Virus record (IMG/VR): IMGVR_UViG_3300028886_000003
Span: 1 to 64,000 of that record
DNA: 64,000 bases
Direction: 5' to 3' (one strand)
Origin: a virus
Lineage: Duplodnaviria > Caudoviricetes
Position 1 is the first letter of the stretch. Each line of letters opens with the position of its first letter. Below are positions 31,935-40,881 of this stretch, one piece after another. The translations under genes and the position numbers were made by a program. The notes beneath the pieces are model-generated. The model worked only from the letters and a program-made list of their open reading frames with translations, did no database searches and was not told the origin of the DNA.

Positions 31935-33026
31935 ATGGCTTTAGATCAATCAAAAGTAAGAGCATTTATTAATGCGTTAAAAGCAAAGTTCGAAGAAAAA
32001 AGTAATAAAGTAACCTCTTGGAGTGCAACAGTATCAGATGAAAAATATCCATCTGAAAAATTAGTAAAAAATAGTTTAGATAACAAATTAGATGCATCTG
32101 ACGTTCCAACCAAAACATCAGATTTAACTAATGATGGTGATGGAGATAATGCATTTTTAACATCACATGCACCAGTTGATTCTTCATTAAGTACAAGTTC
32201 AACTAATGCAGTACAAAATGCAACAGTATCCACAGCATTAAATACAAAAGAAAATACATCTAACAAAGTTAGCTCTTGGAGTTCAACAGTATCAAACGAT
32301 AATTATCCATCTGAAAAACTAGTAAAAGATAGTTTAGATGATAAAGCTGATAAAACAGAAATACCTACTGCAACATCAGATTTAACTAATGATGGTGATG
32401 GAGATAATGCATTTTTAACATCACATCAATCTTTATCTGACATTGGTGGAGAAGTTTCAGTAGAAAAACAAACAACCGCAGAAACCGGTTACGCAGCAAC
32501 TTACGTTATTAAACAAGGTACTTCCTCTTCAAAAACTCAAGCAGGAGTAAAAATTAATATCCCTAAAGACTTCTTAGTAAGATCTGGTGAAGTAAAAACT
32601 GCAACAGCTGCTGATTTATCAACATTAGGACAAGGTTATACCACAGGAGATAAATATATTGATTTTGTTGTCAATACTGAAGATGCTTCTGAAACCCCAG
32701 AACACATTTATATTAATGTAAAAGATTTAGTAGAAGATACAACATACGATGCTGATGGAACTACACTTGAATTAAATGCAAATGGAGTATTCTCTGTTAA
32801 AGCAGGTGGAATTGGTACAACAGAATTAGATGAAGATATTGTAACATCATTAGGTTATGCAGATGATTATCATGGTAGCCCTGCTAGTAGTATTACCACA
32901 ACAGAAATTAATAATTGGAATTCACACATTAGACATACTATTTTAACAGAATCAGATGTTGAGGATAAAATTGAAGCATGTCTAACAGATATTACAAATG
33001 AATTACAAGGTGCAAATTCAGAATAA
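31935..33026 (+). CDS. Tail or head fibre shaft protein with an internal 86-aa duplication
   Basis: Repeats 'NKV.SW..TVS...YPSEKLVK.SLD.K' and 'TSDLTNDGDGDNAFLTSH', plus a 'GVKINIPKDFLV' module. Confidence 0.6.
   Translation: MALDQSKVRAFINALKAKFEEKSNKVTSWSATVSDEKYPSEKLVKNSLDNKLDASDVPTKTSDLTNDGDGDNAFLTSHAPVDSSLSTSSTNAVQNATVSTALNTKENTSNKVSSWSSTVSNDNYPSEKLVKDSLDDKADKTEIPTATSDLTNDGDGDNAFLTSHQSLSDIGGEVSVEKQTTAETGYAATYVIKQGTSSSKTQAGVKINIPKDFLVRSGEVKTATAADLSTLGQGYTTGDKYIDFVVNTEDASETPEHIYINVKDLVEDTTYDADGTTLELNANGVFSVKAGGIGTTELDEDIVTSLGYADDYHGSPASSITTTEINNWNSHIRHTILTESDVEDKIEACLTDITNELQGANSE
32114..32426 (+). repeat. Direct repeat: exact 55 bp at 32114-32168 and 32372-32426 (258-bp period)
   Basis: aacatcagatttaactaatgatggtgatggagataatgcatttttaacatcacat occurs twice, and the flanks are degenerate copies. 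Confidence 0.9.
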
Positions 33027-33049
33027 AAAAATAAATAGAAGGTAATATT

Positions 33050-34060
33050 ATGACAAACAAAAGAACACAACAAGTAATTGATTTTGCTAACACAATAAAA
33101 GGATTAATTACAGCACATTATAATATTACCGGAAATTCTTCACAAAAAGGACATGTTCAAGCGGGTGGCGCACCACAAGATATTGGAACATCAAGTGCTG
33201 CAGGAACAGACAATGGTTATTATGCAAGAGCAGACCACGTACATAAAGCATCTTATGATAATTTAATAAATAAACCTACAATTCCATCCGCTAATACAAC
33301 AGCAAGTAATATTAAAATGGACGGAACACAGAGTGCTGGCTCTGCTACAACTTATGCAAAAGCTGACCATATACACCCAACCGACACAAGTAGAGCAGCA
33401 TCTAACCATACACATAATGAATATGCTAGTAGTACACATACACACAGTGGATATATTACTTTAAGTGATATATATCAAACAAAAATTGAAGCAAGTAACT
33501 ATAATGTAAGTATAGACTCAACTGATAATGTTATTACAGTTACATTATTAGATTTTAATAATCAACCAGTAACAAACAAAAGTGTAACATTAACATGTGA
33601 CAAAGGATATTTCACAAAAAAAGGCAGTACCAATATCAGTGGTAAAACAACAAAAAGCGTATCAGTTAACACTGATAGTAATGGGAAAATTACTGCAACT
33701 TGGACAGCATCAGAATGGGGATTATGTACCTTTTCAGCAAACAGTAACAAAGTACAAATTAATGTAAAAGGTTGTAGAACATCAAGTAATCAGTATATTA
33801 ATAAATATGAATTTGAAACATATTATCAAATAGTTATTGTTAAAAATACAAATTATAGTGTAACACCTAATTATCAAGATTTAGGAAGTATATTATCTTC
33901 AGTAGAAGCACCAGAAGTAGATATTTATCAAAGAAGTAATGGTAATGATAATGTATTAATTAGATTAGGTTCAAATGGTCATGTATTATTCAGAACCACA
34001 GATTCAAGTCGTGTTACATCAAATTTGATATCTCAATTTATATATCGTAAAAAATGGTGA
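33050..34060 (+). CDS. Tail fibre / receptor-binding protein
   Basis: Trimeric-fibre HxH motifs ('YARADHVH', 'YAKADHIHP', 'HTH'), a Big_1 domain ('VNTDSNGKITATW') and a beta-sandwich-like C-terminal head. Confidence 0.7.
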   Translation: MTNKRTQQVIDFANTIKGLITAHYNITGNSSQKGHVQAGGAPQDIGTSSAAGTDNGYYARADHVHKASYDNLINKPTIPSANTTASNIKMDGTQSAGSATTYAKADHIHPTDTSRAASNHTHNEYASSTHTHSGYITLSDIYQTKIEASNYNVSIDSTDNVITVTLLDFNNQPVTNKSVTLTCDKGYFTKKGSTNISGKTTKSVSVNTDSNGKITATWTASEWGLCTFSANSNKVQINVKGCRTSSNQYINKYEFETYYQIVIVKNTNYSVTPNYQDLGSILSSVEAPEVDIYQRSNGNDNVLIRLGSNGHVLFRTTDSSRVTSNLISQFIYRKKW

Positions 34061-34298
34061 AGGATTAGCAGAATTAAATCTACATTATGCTCAGTCTGCT
34101 GCAATTGGACCTATTGGTCATTGGTGGACTATAGACTCACCATATAGACCAAGACAAGATGTAGCTACAATAAGAAACAATTATGGTGTCTATTGGGTTA
34201 TCAATGCAACCTCACAAGGGCAAATACAAATTGGTACATTGAATAATAGTAATACAACATTAGGTGGTTTGTGGGGGCAGATAGTTTATAGATATTAA
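34029..34298 (+). pseudogene. Start-less open frame encoding an alternative receptor-binding head domain
   Basis: 89 sense codons in the +1 frame relative to 33050..34060: YLNLYIVKNGEGLAELNLHYAQSAAIGPIGHWWTIDSPYRPRQDVATIRNNYGVYWVINATSQGQIQIGTLNNSNTTLGGLWGQIVYRY*. There is no in-frame ATG. Confidence 0.6.
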
Positions 34299-34340
34299 AT
34301 TCTATGATTATTTATGAAAAAGAACTGCTTAGGTGAAAAA

Positions 34341-35024
34341 ATGGCTAGAAAATTAATTGGGAGTGTAATAACCGATAATAATGGTGAAGCTCATTTAAAT
34401 TATGAAATAAATGAATCAACAACTTTTGTTAGTACAGTAAATAATTTAGAAGATACAATTACTTACAATCCAATACTTTATAATCCATCTTTTACATCAG
34501 AAAATCCTGCTCCAACAACACGATTAGGAAATGGATATAGAGTAACACAAGCTAATGGAGAAATTACTCTTATAGATGCTTGCTTGACTGATGGATGGAG
34601 CAACGAAGGATTATGGGAATGCGATTACGATGTTAAATGGAGTAACCTACGATATGTATGGTTCAGAACACTAATGGCATTACCCAATACTGTACTAACC
34701 GGTGGATGGGAAGGATGTGTAGTTACTACTCAGGCAGGATTAGGTAGTAATGTTCAGAGAGATAATAATGATTGTTTAACAGTATTACATACTAGTATTT
34801 GGAATAATCCCTCTGTACCATATGTACATATTAATATTAAAAAAACTTCACCAACTACCCTTGTTGTTACTAAAACAGGTGATACAGCTAATAATGGTAC
34901 TGTTACTTTTACTAATTGTGATTTATTAGATACATATGATAAATTAAGTATTGGTGCTACATGTAATAATGGAAACAGTATTGGCTTACCAACAATTCGT
35001 AATTTAATAGTTAAACCATTATAA
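34341..35024 (+). CDS. Putative receptor-binding / lectin-like fibre tip protein
   Basis: AGGTGA RBS before the ATG at 34341. The N-terminus 'RKLIGSVITDNNGEA' is a partial Ig motif, and the rest is a Trp-rich beta domain. Confidence 0.5.
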   Translation: MARKLIGSVITDNNGEAHLNYEINESTTFVSTVNNLEDTITYNPILYNPSFTSENPAPTTRLGNGYRVTQANGEITLIDACLTDGWSNEGLWECDYDVKWSNLRYVWFRTLMALPNTVLTGGWEGCVVTTQAGLGSNVQRDNNDCLTVLHTSIWNNPSVPYVHINIKKTSPTTLVVTKTGDTANNGTVTFTNCDLLDTYDKLSIGATCNNGNSIGLPTIRNLIVKPL

Positions 35025-35027
35025 TAT

Positions 35028-35046
35028 TTTTTTTATATACTTTATA
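35028..35046 (+). promoter_or_regulatory. Oligo-T terminator overlapping a TTTATATA box upstream of the endolysin
   Basis: Sequence tttttttttatatactttata, followed by an AGGTGA RBS and the ATG at 35075. Confidence 0.4.
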
Positions 35047-35074
35047 ATAGATAGGACACATAGGTGAGAATTAA

Positions 35075-36043
35075 ATGACTCAAATAACTAAAAAAGAAGT
35101 TTATTTTATCGCAAAAGTTTTAAAAAAAACTATTAAGAAAGATAAAAAACTTCCATCTAAAATTACAATAAATAAACAAACATATTCATATGAAGAATGC
35201 GCGTATATACTTGCACATGGTATAAATCATTTAAATGAAAAATTTACATTAATTAATATTAAAAAACCATCCAATATTACTGGAGAAAAAATTAATGAAA
35301 ATATTGCTAAAGATGATTTCTTAGACCAAGCTAAACGTGTAGAAGCATATATTAAAGAACATAAACAATGCCCAAGTACTGTAAAAACAGTTAAATCAAA
35401 AACTAAAGTTGGAGTAGTTGATTATATATATGCATTTGCAAGAATAGTTGTATGGTATTATAAACATAAAAAAACATTACCAAAACAATGTTTATACAAA
35501 AATGTTATAGCACCTAAAACTGCAAGCAAAAAGAAAAAATATGGTCACGCTACACAGCATGGTTGCGACCAAATGGGACAAAACACAGGATATTATTGCG
35601 GAGTACACAGTTTACAAGAAGTATTCAGAAACTTAACTGGTATTGTTGTAAAACAATCAACATTAGCATCAGTTGCAGGAACAACTACATCAGGAACTCC
35701 ACATTCAGGATTAGACACTACAGTTGCTTGGTTTAACAGAACTTATGATTTTGATCTAGAAGTTGAATGGAAAAACTTCTCTGACTTAGGCTGGGGTGGA
35801 ATTAAAAAGATTATTGAATCTGATAATAAAGATTGTGTAGTGCACAACCTCTATCGTAACCAATGGGGTCATTACGAAACTGTTAATGGTGTTTCGGATT
35901 CCAATATTAAAGTTCAAAATTCATTAGGAAGTTATTGCGGCCCATGTTATTGTGGATATGTAGAAAATAGAGCACCAAGTACTTTTAGAAGTTATATTGG
36001 TGGAATTAGTCAAAAATCTATTATGGTTATTGAAAGGAAGTAG
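35075..36043 (+). CDS. Pseudomurein endoisopeptidase / endolysin (PMBR repeats + C39-like peptidase, PeiR-like)
   Basis: N-terminal PMBR-like repeats ('AKRVEAYIKEHKQCP', 'YIYAFARIVVWYYKHKKTLP'). The C-terminal 'QNTGYYCG...GT...GHYETV...VQNS' is a papain-like Cys-His-Asn arrangement. Confidence 0.8.
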   Translation: MTQITKKEVYFIAKVLKKTIKKDKKLPSKITINKQTYSYEECAYILAHGINHLNEKFTLINIKKPSNITGEKINENIAKDDFLDQAKRVEAYIKEHKQCPSTVKTVKSKTKVGVVDYIYAFARIVVWYYKHKKTLPKQCLYKNVIAPKTASKKKKYGHATQHGCDQMGQNTGYYCGVHSLQEVFRNLTGIVVKQSTLASVAGTTTSGTPHSGLDTTVAWFNRTYDFDLEVEWKNFSDLGWGGIKKIIESDNKDCVVHNLYRNQWGHYETVNGVSDSNIKVQNSLGSYCGPCYCGYVENRAPSTFRSYIGGISQKSIMVIERK

Positions 36044-36048
36044 ATATA

Positions 36049-36234
36049 ATGAAAATTTTAAATAAATATCATGCTTGGAAAATGAACAGAATGCAAAAAA
36101 ATGTTGATAAAGAAGTAGAAGTAAAAGGATTTGATGATGATATCCTTGATAAACAATTAATTATCAACAAAAAAAGAAACAAATTAGATATAGCCGACCC
36201 TGAAACTTTAGATGATGATGGTTGGGCACAGTAA
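36049..36234 (+). CDS. Small hypothetical protein downstream of the endolysin
   Basis: 61-aa ORF starting 5 nt after the endolysin stop, with no transmembrane segment. Confidence 0.55.
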   Translation: MKILNKYHAWKMNRMQKNVDKEVEVKGFDDDILDKQLIINKKRNKLDIADPETLDDDGWAQ

Positions 36235-36284
36235 AATTTAAATATCATAATATATTAAAAGATATATTGTAACAAATATGTATT

Positions 36285-36332
36285 ATAAGTTTGATGATAG
36301 CTGCTTGATTCATCTAACTTATCTTTTTTTTT
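36285..36332 (+). terminator. Hairpin plus T9 intrinsic terminator
   Basis: ataagtt-t-gatga (12-nt loop) tcatc-t-aacttat followed by cttttttttt. Confidence 0.65.
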
Positions 36333-36383
36333 ATATTTTAGAACCCAAAAATTATAATTAATTTATTTTAACGAGGGTTAAAC

Positions 36384-37094
36384 ATGTCAATTTCAGATAC
36401 ATGGGTAAACATTAAAGAATATTTTACTAAATGGCATAAAAATGATTATAAGACTTTACATACAGGTGAAACAGATCAAATTACTAATCGTACTCCTGAT
36501 TCAGATTATTTAGTTAAAAGTAAAGCTGTATATGATAAAGTAAATGAAATAAATACTGGTATAAATAATATAAACGTTAATTTAGATAAAAAATGTAATT
36601 TAAATCAAATAGCACAAGGAGATAGTATTAGTTTAGAAAAAACACAGAATGGTTTTGAAATAAATTATCATTCTGTTTCAGATGGACTAATGACAGGAAA
36701 AGATCAATCTTTTTTAAGAAGTACCGGTATGTGGATAAAAAGAAGCAAAAGTACAAATCCTCCATGGGGTTCTGTACCAGATTATTCAACTGTATGGGTC
36801 AACCCTATTTTACAATTAGTATACTTTTATTACAATGAACCAAATTGTCCTAGACTAAAAAAAGACAAAGAATATAGTACACCTGATAGACCAGCAGTTA
36901 GTGACTGGTTTTATCGTATTCATCCAGTAGCACATATTTGGGGGGGAACAAATACCCCAGGTGTACACATAGGAGTTTCAAGTAATGGTGTTTTTAATAT
37001 TAAATCAGATAGAACAATCACAAGCTTTAATCTTGTTGGATCTTTAATGTGGTTTTATGGTCCTAATGGAGATAGTAATACATATAATGGGTGA
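36384..37094 (+). CDS. Tail fibre protein with a C-terminal receptor-binding head
   Basis: Fibre motif 'SDGLMTGKD'. The C-terminal head is 'VWVNPILQLVYF...IHP...IGVSSNGVF...GSLMWFY'. Confidence 0.55.
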   Translation: MSISDTWVNIKEYFTKWHKNDYKTLHTGETDQITNRTPDSDYLVKSKAVYDKVNEINTGINNINVNLDKKCNLNQIAQGDSISLEKTQNGFEINYHSVSDGLMTGKDQSFLRSTGMWIKRSKSTNPPWGSVPDYSTVWVNPILQLVYFYYNEPNCPRLKKDKEYSTPDRPAVSDWFYRIHPVAHIWGGTNTPGVHIGVSSNGVFNIKSDRTITSFNLVGSLMWFYGPNGDSNTYNG

Positions 37095-37101
37095 ATAAAT
37101 A

Positions 37102-38073
37102 ATGACAAATGAAGAGTTAAAAGTTGTTAATTTAAAAGATGTAATTAAAGAATTTACATATGTTAAAAATGATTTTTTATCAAAAATAGAAGAAGCAAAT
37201 AAGGAATCTATAGCTCCAGCATCAACTAAAGCTATTGTAGAATATATAACAAATGAAAAAGGTGCGATTAATACAGAAATTAATAGTAAACTTAATAGTG
37301 ATTATTTACCCAAAGAAACAATTAAAAGTACATATTTAACAAAAAATGATGCTTCAATTACTTATGCCACAAAAGATAATCTTAATCATTACTTAACCGA
37401 AGATAATGCTAACAATCTTTATTCTTTAAAAGATCATACTCACGATAATTTAACTTTTAATATTTTTGCAAATCCTGCTGAAACAACATTATTAATAGAT
37501 GAATTAATTGAACCAGGATATTATAAATATATAGGAAATACTGCTGCAATTAGTTGTGCACCTGATAATGTTATTTATTATAAAAATGGACTTATTCGAG
37601 TTGAAAAACAAGGCAATCGTATTGTACAAACTTTATATGCTACATCACAATATGATGATAATTTTGTCATTGATGGTAGACAATTTATTAGATATGGTTT
37701 TATTGATGACGAAGATAATTTTATACGAAATGATTGGTGTGTAAAACATTTACCTTATAAAGAAAGGCCTGATTTGGTTAATAGAAAAGGAGATAATGTT
37801 GATAGTTTTACAATTTTTGAAAATACTTTCGGATATCATTTCAAATGGCTACAATCAAATGATAAATATTTCTTACCAATGGACCAATATCAATTTTACA
37901 CAATCGCAAAATTTTCTAAATTACCTATTGCCTATCCACATATTATAGGTAACCTTATAGGCCATATAGATACTAAAATTACAGACACTGAGTTTAAAAT
38001 TAGATCAGTCAATAAAAAAGGAGAATATGTTACTGGAGTTAATAATACTTTCTTCATTCCACGTATAAACTGA
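37102..38073 (+). CDS. Tail fibre protein (pyocin-knob-like domain plus head)
   Basis: Shaft motifs 'YLTKNDASITYATK' and 'HTHD', and a knob-like 'PGYY...NGLIRVEK...IVQT...FIRYG'. Confidence 0.55.
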   Translation: MTNEELKVVNLKDVIKEFTYVKNDFLSKIEEANKESIAPASTKAIVEYITNEKGAINTEINSKLNSDYLPKETIKSTYLTKNDASITYATKDNLNHYLTEDNANNLYSLKDHTHDNLTFNIFANPAETTLLIDELIEPGYYKYIGNTAAISCAPDNVIYYKNGLIRVEKQGNRIVQTLYATSQYDDNFVIDGRQFIRYGFIDDEDNFIRNDWCVKHLPYKERPDLVNRKGDNVDSFTIFENTFGYHFKWLQSNDKYFLPMDQYQFYTIAKFSKLPIAYPHIIGNLIGHIDTKITDTEFKIRSVNKKGEYVTGVNNTFFIPRIN

Positions 38074-38077
38074 TACT

Positions 38078-40879
38078 ATGACAGAAAAAATATTTAATAC
38101 AAAAGCAACATACAATAGCAATTGTCATTATAAAAAATCAAGTAATACACAAGATATTACAACTACAATGACAAAAATAAATATAAATATGCATATATTA
38201 GACAATGATAATCCTGTTAGTAATAAAATATATTATAATGATACTGTAAAAATTGAAGTAAATTGCACACAAAATATTAATAATGAAGAAAAAACAATAA
38301 GCTGGGGTAATGTTACTTTTTATTTTGCTGATGAAAATGCTCCTTTTGATAAGAAAGTAATTAACAAAATACCAGTACCTATTGATGTAAATGGATATGC
38401 TGCAGTTAGTTTTATTCCTCATAATAATGGTCAAATATATGCTGAATATTATGGAGAGCCATATCATGTTGCTGATGAAGTATCAGAATATATTATATTA
38501 GAGCCACGTCCTGTTAATATAAAATTTCAAGAATATTCTCCATATTTAGTTAATGAATCAGATACAATAGACATGAATGTTAATGTTACCGATGTATACA
38601 CAAACGAAGATATTGATTATGGTTTAGTTACTTTTATGAATTATCATGAATGGAACAATAGAGAAGAGAAAATTATAGGTAATCCTAAATATTTAATTGA
38701 TGGAAAAGCTAGTATTAGATATTCTCCAATTCAATTAGGAACTAATGATCTCTTTCATAATATTGAATTAATTAGAGCATCATATAATTATGATAATGAA
38801 AAATATGGTGTAAAATGGAAATATTATGGAACACATGATGATTTTACAGCAATAGCTATTAGAAGAAATAATCAAATTAATATTAATATACCACAAATTC
38901 AAAAAAGTGAAAATACATATGAGCGATTAAAGATTGAAGAAACAGGTTTATTTATTGCACAAACATCTGATGCCTTATTATGCCAATGTGAAGTTACAAT
39001 AGATGAAGATTTTTTTGTTTCAGATGCAGATGTTAGTTTTGTGGTTACTGGAAAAGAAAAAGTATATCAAAATGATAATTATGAAGAAAAAAGCTTTACT
39101 AATGTTTATAATAATGTTGATACAAAAGAACAAACTATTGAAGGAAAAAAATATACTTATTTTGAGTGTTTGATTGAACATTTGCCTGAGGGTTTTTATG
39201 AAATTTATGCAAAAATAAAGAATAAAGAAGTAACCATTAATAATGAAACATATACATTACCTGTTGTTGAAAATGATTTACCTGAAGGAGAACAAATACA
39301 AAGCAATAACAGAATATCAGAAGATACTGAAAGATATATTAAAGATGGAATATATTTAAAATCTAACCAGTCAGAAAGTTTTTTCATTAAAATTGAACCA
39401 TCTCCAACTCCAATAGCATTAACACTAAATAATATAAAAGGAGTATATACAAATAAAAAAATAGAAAAAGGTGATATAGAATTAGTTGTTACAGGAACAT
39501 CAGACGATGATGAATATGTGAATGTTTTAAAACATGAAAAATGCTACTTTTATATTCCTCAACTTAAAGCAACATATGAAGGAGCAATCGAGGAAGAACT
39601 TGATGGCAGAATAATTGGCAGATTAAAAGATCCTATTAATTTTAATTATACTGGAAATTATAATATATATGGATATATAAAAGCAGGAGATTATATAGAC
39701 ATAGTTGATAATACTATAATAGTTAGGCATTGTGCGACAACATATAGTAATACTGTTCCAATTAAAGTAATTGATGAACCTCAAATATCACTGAGATTAC
39801 AGACAGACTCAATTGCATATCCTCAAAATATTAATTATATTATCCAAAAGGATGATTTAAATGATGAGTTTATACCTATTAATGTTTATATAGATAATGA
39901 ACAATTAATTGGTCAATATACATTATCAAATTTAAATAAGAGAATAATAAAAAATATTCCTCCATTAAAACCTGGTGTTCATACTATTAATATAAAAATT
40001 ATGAATGATGATTATCATACTGTCTTTACTCCATTAGAATTTACAGTAATTAAAGGAGATTTAAACATAGAATTACTAAATGAAGAGCCAGTTCTTACAA
40101 GTACAGTAACAGATTTATTTTTTGATATTACAAATAAAGAAGGAAAAAATTTAGAAAATATTGATACAAATAATTTTAATATTACAACAGAAGTACAAGA
40201 TATTTCTTTCGAATGGGGTAGTACATTAGACGATATAAATGATAAAAAATTAAAATTAAAAGGAACTGGTGGATTATATACAGCTGATGATTGGACTGTA
40301 AAAATTGAATATAAAGATAATGAATATTATAACGATCCTAATAAAGTAATTAATTTTAAAACAACAAATGTATCTCCAGTTTGTGTTATTAATAATCAAA
40401 CAAGTGATTGTATTGAAAATAAAGTTATATATGATAGAAATATCAAATATATTCAAGAAGAAAATAATGGGCAAATAATAGTAAGAGAAGAGGTTGAATA
40501 TTCAAGTTTAGAACAAAATATTTTAGTTATTACTAAATTAATTAAAGATGAAAATGATTATATTACTTATGTAAATATTACAGATATAACTGGAGAATAT
40601 TTAATTAATAAACCATCTGATATGAGTGATATTGAATGGCAACAATATAATATTTTAGAATATCATATTTGTCCACAACATGAAGTCTTAGATGCTTTTA
40701 AAGAAATCAATAATGATGAAGGAATTATAGAAGCTTTTGAATCTGTATTCCCTCAACATAATTGTACCAATAATGAGATTGAAACTTTGTATAACAATAG
40801 TAAAAATTATCATTTTACTACTTTATTTGTTGGATATGATGAAGTACAAGACACAATTACATTAGATCAAGGTGAGTAA
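38078..40879 (+). CDS. Ig-like repeat structural/adhesin protein (933 aa)
   Basis: Ig-like motifs 'GNVTFYF...VNGYA...AEYYG', 'LPEGFYEIYA' and 'LKPGVHTI'. Confidence 0.55.
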   Translation: MTEKIFNTKATYNSNCHYKKSSNTQDITTTMTKININMHILDNDNPVSNKIYYNDTVKIEVNCTQNINNEEKTISWGNVTFYFADENAPFDKKVINKIPVPIDVNGYAAVSFIPHNNGQIYAEYYGEPYHVADEVSEYIILEPRPVNIKFQEYSPYLVNESDTIDMNVNVTDVYTNEDIDYGLVTFMNYHEWNNREEKIIGNPKYLIDGKASIRYSPIQLGTNDLFHNIELIRASYNYDNEKYGVKWKYYGTHDDFTAIAIRRNNQININIPQIQKSENTYERLKIEETGLFIAQTSDALLCQCEVTIDEDFFVSDADVSFVVTGKEKVYQNDNYEEKSFTNVYNNVDTKEQTIEGKKYTYFECLIEHLPEGFYEIYAKIKNKEVTINNETYTLPVVENDLPEGEQIQSNNRISEDTERYIKDGIYLKSNQSESFFIKIEPSPTPIALTLNNIKGVYTNKKIEKGDIELVVTGTSDDDEYVNVLKHEKCYFYIPQLKATYEGAIEEELDGRIIGRLKDPINFNYTGNYNIYGYIKAGDYIDIVDNTIIVRHCATTYSNTVPIKVIDEPQISLRLQTDSIAYPQNINYIIQKDDLNDEFIPINVYIDNEQLIGQYTLSNLNKRIIKNIPPLKPGVHTINIKIMNDDYHTVFTPLEFTVIKGDLNIELLNEEPVLTSTVTDLFFDITNKEGKNLENIDTNNFNITTEVQDISFEWGSTLDDINDKKLKLKGTGGLYTADDWTVKIEYKDNEYYNDPNKVINFKTTNVSPVCVINNQTSDCIENKVIYDRNIKYIQEENNGQIIVREEVEYSSLEQNILVITKLIKDENDYITYVNITDITGEYLINKPSDMSDIEWQQYNILEYHICPQHEVLDAFKEINNDEGIIEAFESVFPQHNCTNNEIETLYNNSKNYHFTTLFVGYDEVQDTITLDQGE

Positions 40880-40881
40880 TA

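Noticed and set aside
36290-36310. C/D box sRNA (TGATGA present)
   Set aside because: No proper CTGA D box, and the TGATGA is explained as part of the hairpin stem.
33050-38073. Diversity-generating retroelement or invertase shufflon acting on the fibre heads
   Set aside because: No reverse transcriptase or recombinase, no TR/VR pair differing at adenines, and no inverted cassettes were seen in this window. They cannot be excluded elsewhere in the genome.
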